Assembly: GCF_006345805.1 (NCBI RefSeq) | Contig: NC_043007.1 | Coordinates: 55,924,001-55,988,000, forward strand | DNA from: Octopus sinensis | Taxonomy: Eukaryota | Direction of reading: 5' to 3' | DNA length: 64,000 bases | Shown here: in pieces, positions 28,585 through 45,563 of the stretch | Layout of the letters: every line of letters begins with the position of its first letter | Position numbering within the stretch: the stretch's first letter is position 1 | Notes under the pieces: model-generated | Seen by the model: the letters and a program-made list of their open reading frames with translations, nothing else | Database searches by the model: none | Told to the model about the DNA's origin: nothing | Translations under genes and position numbers: made by a program

Positions 28585-29790
28585 GGCACCAGCCTCGCCT
28601 GGCACCTGTGCGGGTGGCACGTAAAAAGCATCCACTACACTCACGGAGTGGTTGGCGTTAGGAAGGGCATCCAGCTGTAGAAACATTGCCAGATAAGACT
28701 GGAGACTGGTACAGCCTTCTGGCTTCCCAGATCCCCGGTCGAACCGTCCAACCCATGCTAGCATGGAGAACGGACGTTAGACGATGATGATGATGATGAT
28801 ATATATATATATATATGTATGATGATGATGATAAATATATATATATATCTATATATATATATATTCTGTGCTGACTGGTTTCTGTGCTGGTAGCACATAA
28901 AAAGCACCATCCGAACGTGGCCGTTGCCAGCGCCGCCTTGGCTGGCTTCCGTGCCGGTGGCACGTTAAAAGCTCCAACCGATAGTGGCCGATGCCGGACC
29001 CCCCTTGCACCTGTGCAGGTGGCACGTAAAAAGCACCCACTACACTCGCGGAGTGGTTGGCGTTAGGAAGGGCATCCAGCTGTAGAAACTCTGCCAGATC
29101 AGACTGGAGCCTGGTGCAGCCCCTGGCTTCCCAGACCCTGGTCGAACTGTCCAACCCGTGCTAGCGCAGAAAATGGACGTTAAACGATGATGATAATGAT
29201 GATGATGATGATATATAAATATATATATATATACATGCACGCTCACACACACATGCATGTTCACACATGCACAAATATACCGACATGCAGAGGCACTCAC
29301 ACACACACACACGTTTGGGCATGTGTATTACCTGATGACTACTGTGGTGTGTTGCTCATGCTGTGAGGAAGGTAGTCAGTTTAAATAAAATCAAATACAC
29401 TTAAATGTGCTTGAGTTTTCTCTTTCACGTTCATTTGAGAAAAATTATCAAAATGTGCTATGCGTGTGTGTGTGTATGTGTGCACACACGTGTATACATG
29501 TATACATACATAAACACATATACATAGATACATACATACACAAGCCACACAATATTTTTTGTTGATATATATATATAGGTTAATACATATCTATCTATCT
29601 ATCAATACATAAAAAGCACCCACTACACTCACTGAGTGGTTGGCGTTAGGAAGGGCATCCAGCCGTAGGAACATTGCCAGATCAGACTGGGCCTGGTGCA
29701 GCCTTCTGGCTTCCCAGACCCCAGTTGAACCATCCAGCCCATGCTAGCATGGAAAGTGGACGCTAAACGATGATGATGATAATGATGATG
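28585..29790 (+). mobile_element. three same-orientation copies of SINE family C (28585-28800, 28875-29210, 29609-29790)
   Basis: Each has aaaaagcacccactacactc..gagtggttggcgttaggaagggcatccagc...gctagcatgga...acgttaaac and a (GAT)n tail followed by (TA)n. Confidence 0.85.
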
Positions 29791-30445
29791 TATATGTAGA
29801 TATATATATATATATATATAGATAGATAGATAGATATAAATGTAGAGAGGGGAAAAAGGAGAGATAGAGAGATTAAACATATATTTGCTTGAAACTGAGG
29901 GCTAATCCCACTCTCTACACAATATATATGTTTGCTCAAAAAGAACTAGTTTACATCATTGGATGCAAACACAGTTGCAGGCATTACATTAGAATTTTCC
30001 GTCTTCCAAGAGTTTCACTTACAGGCATTGCTTGCTATTTAACAGTTCTGTTATGTGTTATATACTATGGCTAGCAATAGTCAAAGAGGGAAAATACTCA
30101 ATGAAAAATTCTGTGATGGAATGGAGGCATGTGTCAGTAAGGGTCCTTAGCTCTCTGAACATCTGCTGCAAGAGGTGTCCATCATTGCCACATCTGTGCA
30201 AAGTAGTATAGGCCCCTAGCATGACTGTAAACTGCATTCATGCTATTTATATTTAAAAAAGATATCAAGTAATGCCATGTCTTGAAATTGAGTTACAGCT
30301 TTCATCATCATCATGATAGATAAATGTAGGATTATGTCCGGTTCCTGAGCCATTTGTGGTTTCACCATTCGTTTATGGCACGAACTTACACTTATGAACT
30401 TATACTTATGTGTGCATGTATGTATGTTTAATAATAATAATGATA

Positions 30446-30486
<41 letters not shown>

Positions 30487-30835
30487 TAATAATAATATAA
30501 TAATAATAATGATAATAATAATAATAAAATAATAAAATAATAATAATAATAACAATAATAATATACAGATGAAGGTGAAAAATGTAACACACCTATATAT
30601 ATATATATACATATATATATAGAATTGGAATTGAATTTACAAAGACAGGAAAATTTGATTTTGATTGTATATATAGAACTCAAAAATCTATAGACCTCAG
30701 TTTGATAAGTTGAAACATTATTGTGAAGTAACAAATATTTACTGTTTGAAGTCTGAAATTCAAATAAATAAATATAAAATAAAAAACTAAAAGACACACA
30801 TAAAATGTGGGGAAATTGTAAAATTGTATTAAATC

Positions 30836-30882
<47 letters not shown>

Positions 30883-30901
30883 AGAGAAGAGAGAGAGAGA
30901 G

Positions 30902-30946
<45 letters not shown>

Positions 30947-31910
30947 CAGAGTGTAATGATAGTGTTTGGTGAGATTGGTGGGTTTTAATGGAGATTAAAC
31001 CCAATTACAAAGAGGTCCACAGTGCTAATCTGAAAACTGCAAAAGGTGTCCACCAAAACCAATTATTTAAGATCATAAAAATATAACAACAGAGTAAAAC
31101 AAGCACCGTCACACTCGGTTGGTAACTAGTTGTGTTTGTTTTGCGTTTTGCTTGTAGTTTTTATCTATTTATTTCTTCAGATATTTTTTTGTCTACTTCC
31201 TTGCTTTTTATAGATTTTGGGAAAAAAAATATAATCCTGATTTCTGTTTTATTTTCTATTTGATTTTGAAGTTTCAATTATTGATGTCAGTTTTGTTTGG
31301 CCTTAAGTCAATCTTGACTGAACAAATTTATGACCAAAATCATTCCAACCATCACCAAACTATTTTATGTTTGTTTTTTTAATCATTGTATTGAGTGTTT
31401 AGGAGTATATTATCCAATGTACCTTTATTTTTGATCACTGGATAGTTGTCTGTTATTTCTAGCATGCCAAAAGACCATGTGAAGGTACTGATTTTTAGTG
31501 AAAATGAGAGCTAGTACAATTAATAGGTGGCTCCTAATTTGCCAAGGTGTTTCATGGTTCATGCTTCATATTCTGCCAAGCCATATCACTGAAGTGTGTC
31601 ACCAGAAAAGGCACTTCACATTTCCCTTTGCTCAAGTCTACCAAACAAGGGAGAACTCCTGTACACTGCAGCAACAAGCAACAACAGTGTAACTCCAATT
31701 ATTCATGTAATGAATAATTGTTGGAGAAAGCAATGATGTAGAGAAAATTAAACTTTCTTGTCTATAATAATACTTCAGTTATCAACTTCCACATATATAT
31801 TATAATTCAACTCATGCTTGTTTTCTATATATTAATTTGCATGTACCATGTCCTTTTTTCTTGTCTGTTTTTCTTTATTTTTTTAATTAATTATATATAA
31901 TAATATATAT

Positions 31911-32315
31911 AGGCGCAGGAGTGGCTGTGTGGTAAGTAGCTTGCTAACCAACCACATGGTTCCGGGTTCAGTCCCACTGCGTGGCATCTTGGGCATGTGT
32001 CTTCTACTATAGCCCCGGGCTGACCAATGCCTTGTGAGTGGATTTGGTAGACGGAAACTGAAAGAAGCCTGTCGTATATATGTATATATATATGTGTGTG
32101 TATATGTTTGTGTGTCTGTGTTTGTTCCCCTAGCATTGCTTGACAACCGATGCTGGTGTGTTTACGTCCCCGTCACTTAGCGGTTTGGCAAAAAGAGACC
32201 AATAGAATAAGTACTGGGCTTACAAAGAATAAATCCCGGGGTCGATTTGCTCGACTAAAGGCGGTGCTCCAGCATGGCCGCAGTCAAATGACTGAAACAA
32301 GTAAAAGAGTAAAAA
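31911..32315 (+). mobile_element. SINE family B, young full-length copy
   Basis: ggcgcaggagtggctgtgtggtaag...gactgaaacaagtaaaagagtaaaa. Confidence 0.92.
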
Positions 32316-32319
32316 AAAA

Positions 32320-32321
32320 GA

Positions 32322-32356
<35 letters not shown>

Positions 32357-32920
32357 GCATAGATTATATATATATATACATATATATATATACATACATA
32401 TATATATATACATGCATACATATATATATACATGCATATATATATACATGCATACATATATATATATACATGCATATATATATGTATACATGCATATATA
32501 TATGTATGCATGCATATATATATATATATATATATATATACATGCATATATATATACATGCATATATATATATAAATACATGTATATATACATATAGATA
32601 CATACATATATATATATGCATGCATATATATACATACATTTATATATACATATAGATACATACATATATATATATGCATGCATATATATATATATATACA
32701 TCTATTATACATACATTATATATACATATATATACATACAGATATATATACATGATTATTATATATATATATATATATACTAAGCAATAAAGGGTTAGCA
32801 ACGAATTGCCTTACCACATACCGAATTTAGAAATAGCAGTCAAAGAGTTATAGCTATTTCTTCTACTAAAAAGGGAGATCTCAGTAAAAACAGCAATATA
32901 TATATATATAGTATATATAT

Positions 32921-32962
<42 letters not shown>

Positions 32963-33165
32963 CATACATACATTTATATAACTTAGATAAATACATATAT
33001 ATATACATCTATATATACATATACATATATATATATATATATTATATATTATATATATATACATGTATATATATACATAATATATACATATACATGTATA
33101 TATATATACATATACATATATACATATACATGTATCTATATACATATATCTATATATATATACAC
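32320..33165. repeat. long degenerate (TA)n/(TACA)/(TGCA) simple-repeat array
   Basis: Direct reading. Confidence 0.95.
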
Positions 33166-33831
33166 TGAACTCAACAAACTCTCTATCTTTCGCACACATA
33201 CACATAAACTATCATTTATATTATTAAATAAAACTACATATACTCCTATCTTCATAAACACTCTTGCACACATAAATACGTATACTTTATTTGAAAGAAA
33301 TACGGTGTTCAATAAAATATTTAGACTCTACTTTGTTACTGAGCCCTTTTGTCCAATAAATGTTATCTATTGTTTCTAATTTCTTCAAAAGAGAAACAAC
33401 TTATATATATATATGTATATGGTCTTTACTGGTTTTCCAAGTAGCTATTGTTCAATGTGGGCTAATACTTTATTGATCTAATTCTGTCAAGAATGATCAG
33501 AAGTTACATTTTCTTGAATCATATTTTTAATGAGAAAGCATTTATGGTTTAAATATTTTAGTTTCAATAGCAAATTAATAATTTCATTTAATCAACTATC
33601 TGATTAATCAATTAACAATTTAATCTATTAACCCAAGAAACAAATTCTTTGTCAGTAATATCAGGAAATATATAAGGATATAAACAACCTTAAAACCGCC
33701 CCCAAAAATGCTAATAATAAACAAGGCTAACTATAACAAATAACATGGGGATAGGAAATGAATTGTTTTGAAGAGTCATGAACATCACCACTTCCCATTA
33801 ACTTTTTACTTTTCCCAACAGAGCTTCTTGT

Positions 33832-33935
33832 GGAGGTACATGGCTTAGTGGTTAGGGTATTGGACTCATGATCATAAGATTCTAGTTTCAATTCTTGGAC
33901 CATTCTTGAGCAAAACACTTTATTTCACATTGATC
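33832..33935 (+). mobile_element. tRNA-derived SINE head (fourth family; a reverse copy at ~1010-1120)
   Basis: tggcttagtggttagg A-box, gtttcaattc B-box-like, then ttcttgagcaaaacactttatttcacattg. Confidence 0.65.
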
Positions 33936-34693
33936 AAGTGTCCTATCCAAAGAGGAATATATATACAGGAGAAACCAAGAAACCAGCTCTATGCTTCCTA
34001 CTGAGTAATGTGGGCTAATCAATAGAACCTGTTTTGGGAGAAGCATGAACTTCCCCTCAACAACATCATGCTATCCTTCTAGCAATATGTCTTCGGCAAA
34101 TGCATTACATTAATACAGAACGTCACATAAAGCAAGAGACATAAATGTCTCTTGCTTATAATGTCCTGGTGCTGTACATGACTCATTATTTTCTTTGAGA
34201 GAGACATCAACTTCACAACCCACCACTTTATTTCTGATAGATACTATTAATTTCAGATCCTTATCACCACTAAGGAAAGTTTGAATGCCACAAATACCAA
34301 AATATTTTGTCATAGATATTGATTGAACCCAATTTGTTGAAAATCCTCATCGTCGTCGTCGTCATCGTCATCGTCATCGTCATCATCATCATCATCATCA
34401 TCATCATCACCACCACCACCACCACTACTACCATCATTGTTACTGCTATTATTATTTGAATGGGGATTGGCAAAATTGTTTGAGCATTAGACAAAATATC
34501 TTCTGTATTTATTCATAATTCTTAACTTTTAGAGTTCAAAATCTTACTGACATCAAATTTGTCTTTCATTGCTTTGGGGTCAATACAGTAAAGCACCATT
34601 TGAGTATTGTGGTCATTGGCTTCTACTAATCCTGTTCCCTTAAAATTTCTGGGCCTGTTCATAAATCAGAAACTATTGTTGTTGTTATTGTTA

Positions 34694-34916
34694 AGGTGAT
34701 GAACCAGCAGAATTATTACAGCACTGGAAAAAAATGCTTAGCAGCATTTCTTCTAACTTTACATTCTGATTTGAAATTCTGCTGAGATCAACTTTGCCTT
34801 TCATCCCTTTTGAGATCAATAAAATAAGAATAGTCGAGTACTGGGATTGATGTAATCAGATTACACCCACCTCCAAAATTGCTGGCCTCATGACAAAATT
34901 TGAAACCATCAATTAT

Positions 34917-34964
<48 letters not shown>

Positions 34965-35145
34965 AATTATAATGAATGGCAGAATCAGTAATCAGTAGCA
35001 TATAAAAGAAACCACATCACATTATGTTCTGAATTCAAATCTTGCTGTCCTTCTAGATTTGATAAAATATGGATCATTCAAATACAGAAGCACATAAAAG
35101 TAATCACTCCAGCCAAAAGTTAATGGCTTCATGTTCAAGTTAGAA
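34694..35145 (+). mobile_element. two decayed SINE family A copies separated by (CTA)n
   Basis: Cores gatcaactttgcctttcatccc and ctgaattcaaatcttgctg; CpG-decayed. Confidence 0.7.
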
Positions 35146-35205
35146 ATCCACTCCTCCTCCTTCCCCTCATCATCATCATCATAAATAATAATGATAATAA
35201 TAATA

Positions 35206-35241
<36 letters not shown>

Positions 35242-36299
35242 GGACAGTCGATGGTAGAGTCATTGGTAGAACACTAGAAAATACATTTTATGGTAATTGA
35301 TGTAAATGTTTGAAAAAACTTATAAACCAATGCAGGTGAGAAGTTAGGCAAAGTATGTAAGGTGATGTCAATAAATGAAAAACAAAGAGAAAAGAAAATA
35401 CCTTACTCATACTGTTTAATGGTCCTTTACTATTTCAGAAAAGATACCCTTTTTCAAAGAAAGCAAATAATCAAAGAGTTGGAAGAAATATGTTTTTACC
35501 TGCAATCTTTTCTATTATACTGATATTGATATTTGTATATGTTCTGTGTTCTAATTACACTTGAGTCAACTATGTCTTTCAGTATTGAGGGTTGACCAAA
35601 ATAGATATCAGTGAAGAACTGCAAACAATTTACTTGATTGTTTAATCTGCTAATATTTTTACCTTTACAAAGTAATGGTGTGCTAGGAATTGTAGGATAC
35701 CAGACAAAATGCCTTGCAGCAGGTAGTCATAACACCTTTCTATAATGGCTTTAAATTTCAAAGTGGTTGTTGTAGACTTTAATGTTTCAGAGTCTATAAA
35801 ATAGGCATGAATCATATACTGAGGACAATTATCTCTGAACTTGACAAATCAATTAGTAGTAATATATCTATTACCTTTAAAGTTGACCTTGTTCCCATAT
35901 CACAAATCATATAAATTAACAAATTTAGTTTGCAACATTAAATTTCTTTATTCAAAACAAGTAAAAACATTGTAAATCATTGAATTAAGTACCAGAAATT
36001 CTTTAATCAATTCATATTTACCAGATTCAGCAAGAAGACTTTATCCTACTATCATTATGTGATAACTAGTAATGTTAAACTTGTTGCTATATGTTTTAAT
36101 ATATTTGAAAAGGTTTTAAAGCATTTAAATATAAATGATTTTGCTTATATATTGGGAATATTTATAATATTGCCTCTTATAAACATGTGTATGCGTGTGT
36201 GTGCACTTGTGTGTGTATGTTCATGTGTATGCACATGTGTATGTTTGAGTATAATCAAGGATTCTAATGATGGACAGACAGGTGCGCACACGCGCACGT

Positions 36300-36331
<32 letters not shown>

Positions 36332-36851
36332 GTGTCTGTGAAAATGAATACTCATACATACAGATATATATTTATATATTTATATCTACACACACCACAC
36401 ATCTATATATATATATAATATATATATAATATATTATATATATATATAATATATATAATATATATATATAATGTATGTATATCTATCTATCTATCTCTCT
36501 TCCTCTTTATCTCTGCATATATATATATATATATCAGTACCAAAAGGGATATGGCATAATCATCATCACTATCATCATTTTCGTCATCAACATCATCATC
36601 AACGACAACATCATCATCATCATCATTTTAATTACACTACTGTATGGGTCAAATGGGATTGAGGCAATTTCTCTACAGCTAGATGCAATCCCTGTTACCA
36701 ATCCATTACCTGTTTCCAAGCAATGTAATATTTGTTCATGTTTTAGCACGTTTTCATGGATGGCGAAAAATTATGAAATCATGGATGCTGCAAAATATAT
36801 ACATATATATATATATATATTGTAGCATCCATAATTTTATAATTTTCAGCC

Positions 36852-36882
<31 letters not shown>

Positions 36883-36890
36883 TATATGTA

Positions 36891-37098
36891 GGTGAACTGA
36901 CAAAAATGTTAGCATACTGGGCGAAATGCTTAGTGGTATTTCATCTGTTTACATTCTGAGTTCAAACTCCACTGAGGTAGACTTTGCCTTTCATCCTTTC
37001 AAGGTTGATAAATTAAGTACCAGTTGTGTACTGGGGTCGATCTAATCGAATGTCCACCTCTCCAAAATTTCCGGGCTTTGTGCTTATAGTAGAAAAGA
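36891..37098 (+). mobile_element. SINE family A
   Basis: ggtgaactgacaaaaatgttagc head, core, cttatagtagaaaag tail. Confidence 0.85.
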
Positions 37099-37111
37099 AT
37101 ATATATGTATA

Positions 37112-37326
37112 CAGAGTTGGCCAAAAGTTACTGGACAGTAAATAAAAATTCCATAAATACTATCTGTAATTCTGTATTGAATCAAATGGAAAAATTTGTC
37201 ACTCAACAATTTTCATAATGTTTCATATTTAAACATTTTTATTAAATATATTCAGTTGTTAACCATAAATAAATCTTGGAATAAAATGGTTCTGATTTAC
37301 TGTCAGGTGACATTTGGACAACCCTG
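37112..37326. mobile_element. Tc1/mariner-type MITE (215 bp)
   Basis: TA on both flanks; 32-bp TIRs CAGAGTTGGCCAAAAGTTACTGGACAGTAAAT vs revcomp CAGGGTTGTCCAAATGTCACCTGACAGTAAAT (6 mismatches). Confidence 0.85.
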
Positions 37327-37609
37327 TATATATATAAATTTAAATACAGAAATAAAAGAGCTACTAACAAATTCATGCTATTATGATATTTGAACAGGCA
37401 TATTTATAAAATGCACCATATATCTTAAAGCATGCAAAACCTAGCTAGTAAAGTGTGTAATGGTGTTAAGATTACAGATTTGATCAGCTAAAGGAATATT
37501 ATTCATTAGCTGAATGGTTAAAATTTCTTTATACATCATTGTACAACATTGGGACTGTTGAAATGAATGTCAAAAGTTGAAATGAATGTCAAAATCAATA
37601 GATATAATA

Positions 37610-37651
<42 letters not shown>

Positions 37652-37749
37652 CATACATATAAATGTAGAAATAAATAATACCTGCTTATCAAACAGTATA
37701 TAATAGGAACATACAAATATATATATAAATATATATGTGTATGTTTGTG

Positions 37750-37793
<44 letters not shown>

Positions 37794-38055
37794 CACACAC
37801 ACACACATATATATATAGATTCAAACAAACACACAGATGAGCACATAAGTGCAAAACAAAGTGGAAAAAATTCTACATAACTACCAAAGGCATTTATCAC
37901 AACAGTCTGACAAACGGGAGTGTGAAACTTTGAGCGACAGTTCTGTGATAATTTTGATTCTTTAATATATATGTGTGTATATATATATATATATATGTGT
38001 GTTATAAATATGCACATATATATGCTATGAATATATATATAATATATATATAAAT

Positions 38056-38093
<38 letters not shown>

Positions 38094-38341
38094 CATATAT
38101 ATAAAATACATATAACATGTATGTATTTATATGCATGGATATATATATATTATATATATATATATATATATTATATTATATTATATATATATATACATAC
38201 ATACATACATATATATATGTATCCATTTATAATATGCACCTGTGTACCATAGAAAGTCAGCCTCAAGAATTTTTGTCCCAGCCATGCAATAAAAAAGTTA
38301 GACATTAAAATTATCATGACTGATAAAATTATATGATGATG

Positions 38342-38391
<50 letters not shown>

Positions 38392-38712
38392 ATATATATT
38401 TCAGCTTGTTTTTTCAACAACTTTCAACAATCCAGATTAAAAAGATTAAAATATTTAAAATTTTACAATCCTCCAATGTAAACAGTTTACATATTCTTAA
38501 AGCTGACAGTATTACACTTTATAAAACTATATGTGCAGATTAATAAGTTTAGTTGTCTTCACAGTCCCAATGTTTAAAAATGTATTTTTCTATATTAAAA
38601 ATTATATACTTACATATGAGAAACAAACTGAAGGAGTGAACTGATATGCTTTGACATGACACCTATATAATTAGTTATGTTTATAAAAATGTTCTTTCGA
38701 AGACATATATAC

Positions 38713-38788
<76 letters not shown>

Positions 38789-39138
38789 CATACATATAGT
38801 TTTGTTAATGATGAATGTATGTATGCCAGAGCAATTTCTGCTTTTGTTTATTTCTATGTATATTTTAATACTTTTATGCACACATATGTATATGTGTATA
38901 TATATGTATCTATATCTCTCTCTATATATTTATCTATATCTACACATACACAGACACATAAATATATACATATACATATTTATACACACACACACACATA
39001 TAGACATGCAAACACATTCATAAGTGTATGGATATATATTTATATGTCCCATATATATATATGTGTGTATGTGTGTATGTATTTATGCATTTTATATATG
39101 TGTGACTTCATATTAGCCTATATGTATTTCTGTGCAAC

Positions 39139-39210
<72 letters not shown>

Positions 39211-39243
39211 CATACAACTTATAAACATGGGCAAAAGAAAAAG

Positions 39244-39474
39244 TTCCAATGCCAAATATGCCAAGAATAAACTTTAATTCATCAATAACCACATATAATT
39301 CATCACATAACGAGAAAATTCTTCATGAATTAACTCAGAAATTGGACTGATTTGGTAATAAAAGAATTTTTTAGGAATTTCTGTCAGCTTGCTTTGGGAT
39401 GCATGCTTATAGTGATGAATTATATGCGGTTATTGATGATTTAAAGTCTATTCGCGGCATATTTGGCATTGGAA
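39244..39474. mobile_element. foldback/MITE-like element with 63-bp inverted arms
   Basis: 39244-39306 and 39412-39474 are inverted with 5 mismatches; an additional outer 12-bp IR at 39214-39225 / 39478-39489. Confidence 0.6.
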
Positions 39475-39930
39475 ATTTTTATAAGTTGTTATAGTTTATA
39501 ATTTGGTTATAAATTTCACCTTAAAATGTATATTTTAATATGCTGGCCACTGAAAAGTTTTTTTTGAAAATTCTATCCTATATTAGATATATATATATTA
39601 TATATATATATATAATATTATATATATATATGTATATAGTGTGTGTGTGCATGTGTATTTATATATATGTATCTACATATATATTTATACATATGATTTA
39701 TATATATAATATATATGTATATATGATTTTATAATGATATATATATTATATATATATATATATGTATTTATATATATGCCCTTACATATATCCATAAATA
39801 TATCTAAACATATGCATATGTGTAAATATATTTGACACACAAACACACATATACATATCTATGTTCATACATATGTACCTATATTTATATATATATATAT
39901 ATATATATTTACAAATATGTGCAATTATAA

Positions 39931-40116
39931 CCTCATCAGCAGAACAGTTCTACCTGCAATGTTATATGGTAGTGAAAAATGGGCTACCGCAAAGAGAGAA
40001 GAGCAGAGACTGGTAACGGCTCAAAGAGCCATGGAAAGGTCAATGCTTGGTATCTTGTTGAGAGAGCACATCAGTAGTGAGATCATCAGAAAGAAGTTCG
40101 GCATGAGGGATGTCAT
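39931..40116 (+). pseudogene. RTE-1-type LINE ORF2 C-terminal fragment (different subfamily from 28035)
   Basis: [58 protein letters not shown]. Confidence 0.85.
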
Positions 40117-40119
40117 CAC

Positions 40120-42230
<2,111 letters not shown>

Positions 42231-42669
42231 TACATGACTTTTGTCTGGAATGTTGCACTTACAATCAAGAAATAGCTAAAAATTATTTCGAAGAATAGCT
42301 GAAAACTGAATGTTGTAACTTTCCTGCATCCTCTTCAGGTGTAAGTGTTGTAAATTCAGTCACTCTCATGCCATGGAAACCAGGGTAAACTTTGGCTTTA
42401 ACATTCCTAGAATTCTTGACAGACCAAACCCATGTCTTATTTAAGTACTAATAAATATATATTCTTACATATACACTGACACACACACACACACACTGAC
42501 ACACGCACACACAATATATATGTATACAGTCATAATACATAATACGCATATATGTATATATATATATATATATACTGTCATCTATACTTATGAATATATA
42601 TATATATATATACATATGGTGTGTATACATGCATATATATATATAGGTGTGTGTGTATGTGCAGAGATG

Positions 42670-42713
<44 letters not shown>

Positions 42714-42715
42714 GT

Positions 42716-42746
<31 letters not shown>

Positions 42747-42805
42747 CACATGCACACATATATGCATGTATATCTCTCTATCCATATATGCATTTCTACA
42801 TATGC

Positions 42806-42852
<47 letters not shown>

Positions 42853-42900
42853 TACATATGTGGATATGGATATATGTATGTATGTATGTAAGAATGTATA

Positions 42901-44024
42901 CTGTGTGTCCCAAAAATACATACACACACTGAATTATGTTATATTTAGGGTTTTTTATAATATATTTCATTTTCTAAATTTAATATAGTATACATAGGGA
43001 ATTTATATTTTCTATGATTATTTGTTATAAGACTTATTGCCTATCTAATACAGGTACAGCCAATAATGCAAAGTAATGAAATCGCAGACACCAAGAAACA
43101 TTTCATTTAGCATTCTTGTGATTGGCTATTCAGTGGCTGCTCTTAATTAATTGACTGTTGTTGGTTGTGTACCGTAAACTTTATCTTTTAAGTAACTTCA
43201 TAAATATTGTCTAGTGTGTGATGATCAATGAATATGCAATGCATTCTACAGAGCCATTTTGTTTTACCCAGTCAATCTGTTTGGCAAATTCTCATGAAAG
43301 TAGACTTTCATGGGAAAGGTCTACTATGGCAGTATGGAAGTGCTCCATTCTGTCAAAGTACTTTTGAAAATGAATGGTGCAATGAATCCTTTTAGTGATA
43401 AACCACACCAGACTGTAACTCCTCTTCCTTTAACATAAATATGGGGATTTGAATGTCCACAGTATGTGCAATTGTGATTTAGATATAATGTCATCATTCT
43501 CAACAATCTTTGCTGAAATGTCTGCATCTACTTCACATCTTGCCAAGTACTCCTCACATAACTTCATTCTCCAGTCAGCACCTTCTTTGAGATCCTGAAC
43601 TGTTCTTGGAATGTAACTTTTCCAATCACAAGGAAATTTGTAATTCTTATCATGACTCATTTACTGCATGGATCTTCTTGAATACAGATCTTCTGGGAAT
43701 ACAATTCTAGTACTCTTTCTTGCTTTGTTGGGCTCATCAGCTTCTGTGGTCTTCCAAAAAGATTCATGTGTATATTCTGAAAAGCTCCATCTACTTCAAA
43801 CTTACCTTTAATTCCAGTGAGGATAGCCAGCATAATTGGGATGTGTTTGGAATTCCTTTCTAAACTGTCTTTACACTATGACTGCATTTTCAAAGTTTTA
43901 AGTAGTACTTTAAAATAATTTTCTTTGTTAACATCATAATCTAAGGGATTAAATCTAAAAAGAAATGAAAATTAAGTTAACTATCAGCTGTTAAAATGTG
44001 TATACATATTTTTGGAGCACCCTG
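42901..44024 (-). mobile_element. decayed Tc1/mariner (IS630-Tc1-mariner) transposon, probably DD41D/rosa- or maT-like
   Basis: TA on both flanks; imperfect TIRs CTGTGTGTCCCAAAAATACATACACAC / CAGGGTGCTCCAAAAATATGTATACAC. Minus-strand relic WKSYIPRTVQDLKEG...LCEEYLARCEVDAD...HNCTYCGHSNPH...GVTVWCGLSLKGFIAPFIF. Confidence 0.85.
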
Positions 44025-45415
44025 TATATATATCAGATATACATATATATATATACACATATATATTTAAACACACGCTCATGCATGCACACACACACAC
44101 ATATGCATATGTATAAATGTATATATGTATATGCCTGTATGTGTGCATGCGGGTGTATGTGTGTGTGTATATGTATTTGTGTACAAGAACACAAACATGC
44201 AAAATATTAAAGAAATACGAGCAACTGGTGGATATGAGATAGTGGAAAATACATAGAATGGTAATGTAATGAAAACACAGCAACAAATGTTTCATCAACA
44301 ATTTCCATCTACAGTTTACCTTCTTTCAATGAAATGTTAATGTTATTGACTTTTATTGAACGTTGAATTTGTTTGAGAGCAATGTTTGTCGGTTTGTCAG
44401 ATCTCTGCAATTACTCCATAAGGTGTATTTCCAAAATACCACTATTGTGTCTGTGCAATATTTCTAATTGTTGCTTTTCTATGTAATTATGTGTTTTCTT
44501 TGAGTATATTGCACTAATCCAATGTCCTGACACATTAGTTATATTAATAATTTTAGAAATTTTCATAAGTGTTTGAATGAAACTTGGACATTCCTCATTC
44601 TAACTGTTGCTATCTGATTTGTTTTATTGATATCCTGTCCTCAGATTTTGGACTTCAAACATATGATTTCTTATTTCAAAGTCAGAAAACACTGTGTTGG
44701 GAGACTGTTGACTGCTACATTGGAGTAAAAACAACTAAATATATATTCCTTTGGTAGCTATACTGCTAGTGTCCTGTGCAAATCTTATTAAACTTTTAAC
44801 TAGTGTATTATATGTCTTATGTGTATTATACATTTTGTTATGGTTTATTAATTCAGAGCACATATATTGTTGCCATTATAACGTTACTTATGTGAATTAT
44901 AGTTTTTGCTTCTTTGTATAATGTTTTTTGACAATGCAAAATAATATTTTTCTATATGATACAACAAACCTAGCTCAAGATATATTCAAAGATATTAGTT
45001 ATCAGTTGTATAGTATGAAATTTTATATATAAAAATATTTTACATTTTATAAATGTTCCAAAATAGAAAGAAAAATATGAAATAATTTCAGAAAATTTAC
45101 TGAGGTCATACTAATAAAAAATAAATATGAAGAAAATCAGTGTAAAACAAACTATGACCACAAAAGCTTAATTAAATTTCTTGAGATCATTGTAAACTTA
45201 CAGAGTCAGTCCTTGTACATGGTATATCATTTTTTAGTATTACTTACTGTCAATATAATTTACTCCTTAAATATATATCTACACACACACATACATACAC
45301 ACACACACACGCATACAACAAACACAAACAAACACACACACATATATATATCAAGTTAAATATATAATGATATATATATCTATATATAATGATATATAAT
45401 ATATATATATCGATA

Positions 45416-45446
<31 letters not shown>

Positions 45447-45563
45447 CATACATCATGATATATAGGTATAATGAGGATATATATAATATTATAATAATAA
45501 TAATATGACAACTAAAGAAAAATGAGACATCAATATTATGTAAATGGAGGAATTTAACTATAA

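Noticed and set aside
30243-31004. 253-aa minus ORF
   Set aside because: Built from (GA)n, (TAA)n and (TA)n repeats.
34110-34345. Minus ORF with faint RT-like flavour (GFSTNWVQSIS)
   Set aside because: No diagnostic motif; similarity too weak to call.
42260-42435. Protein-like minus frame TWVWSVKNSRNVKAKVYPGFHG...
   Set aside because: Stops precede the donor and part of the DNA resembles a decayed SINE A core.
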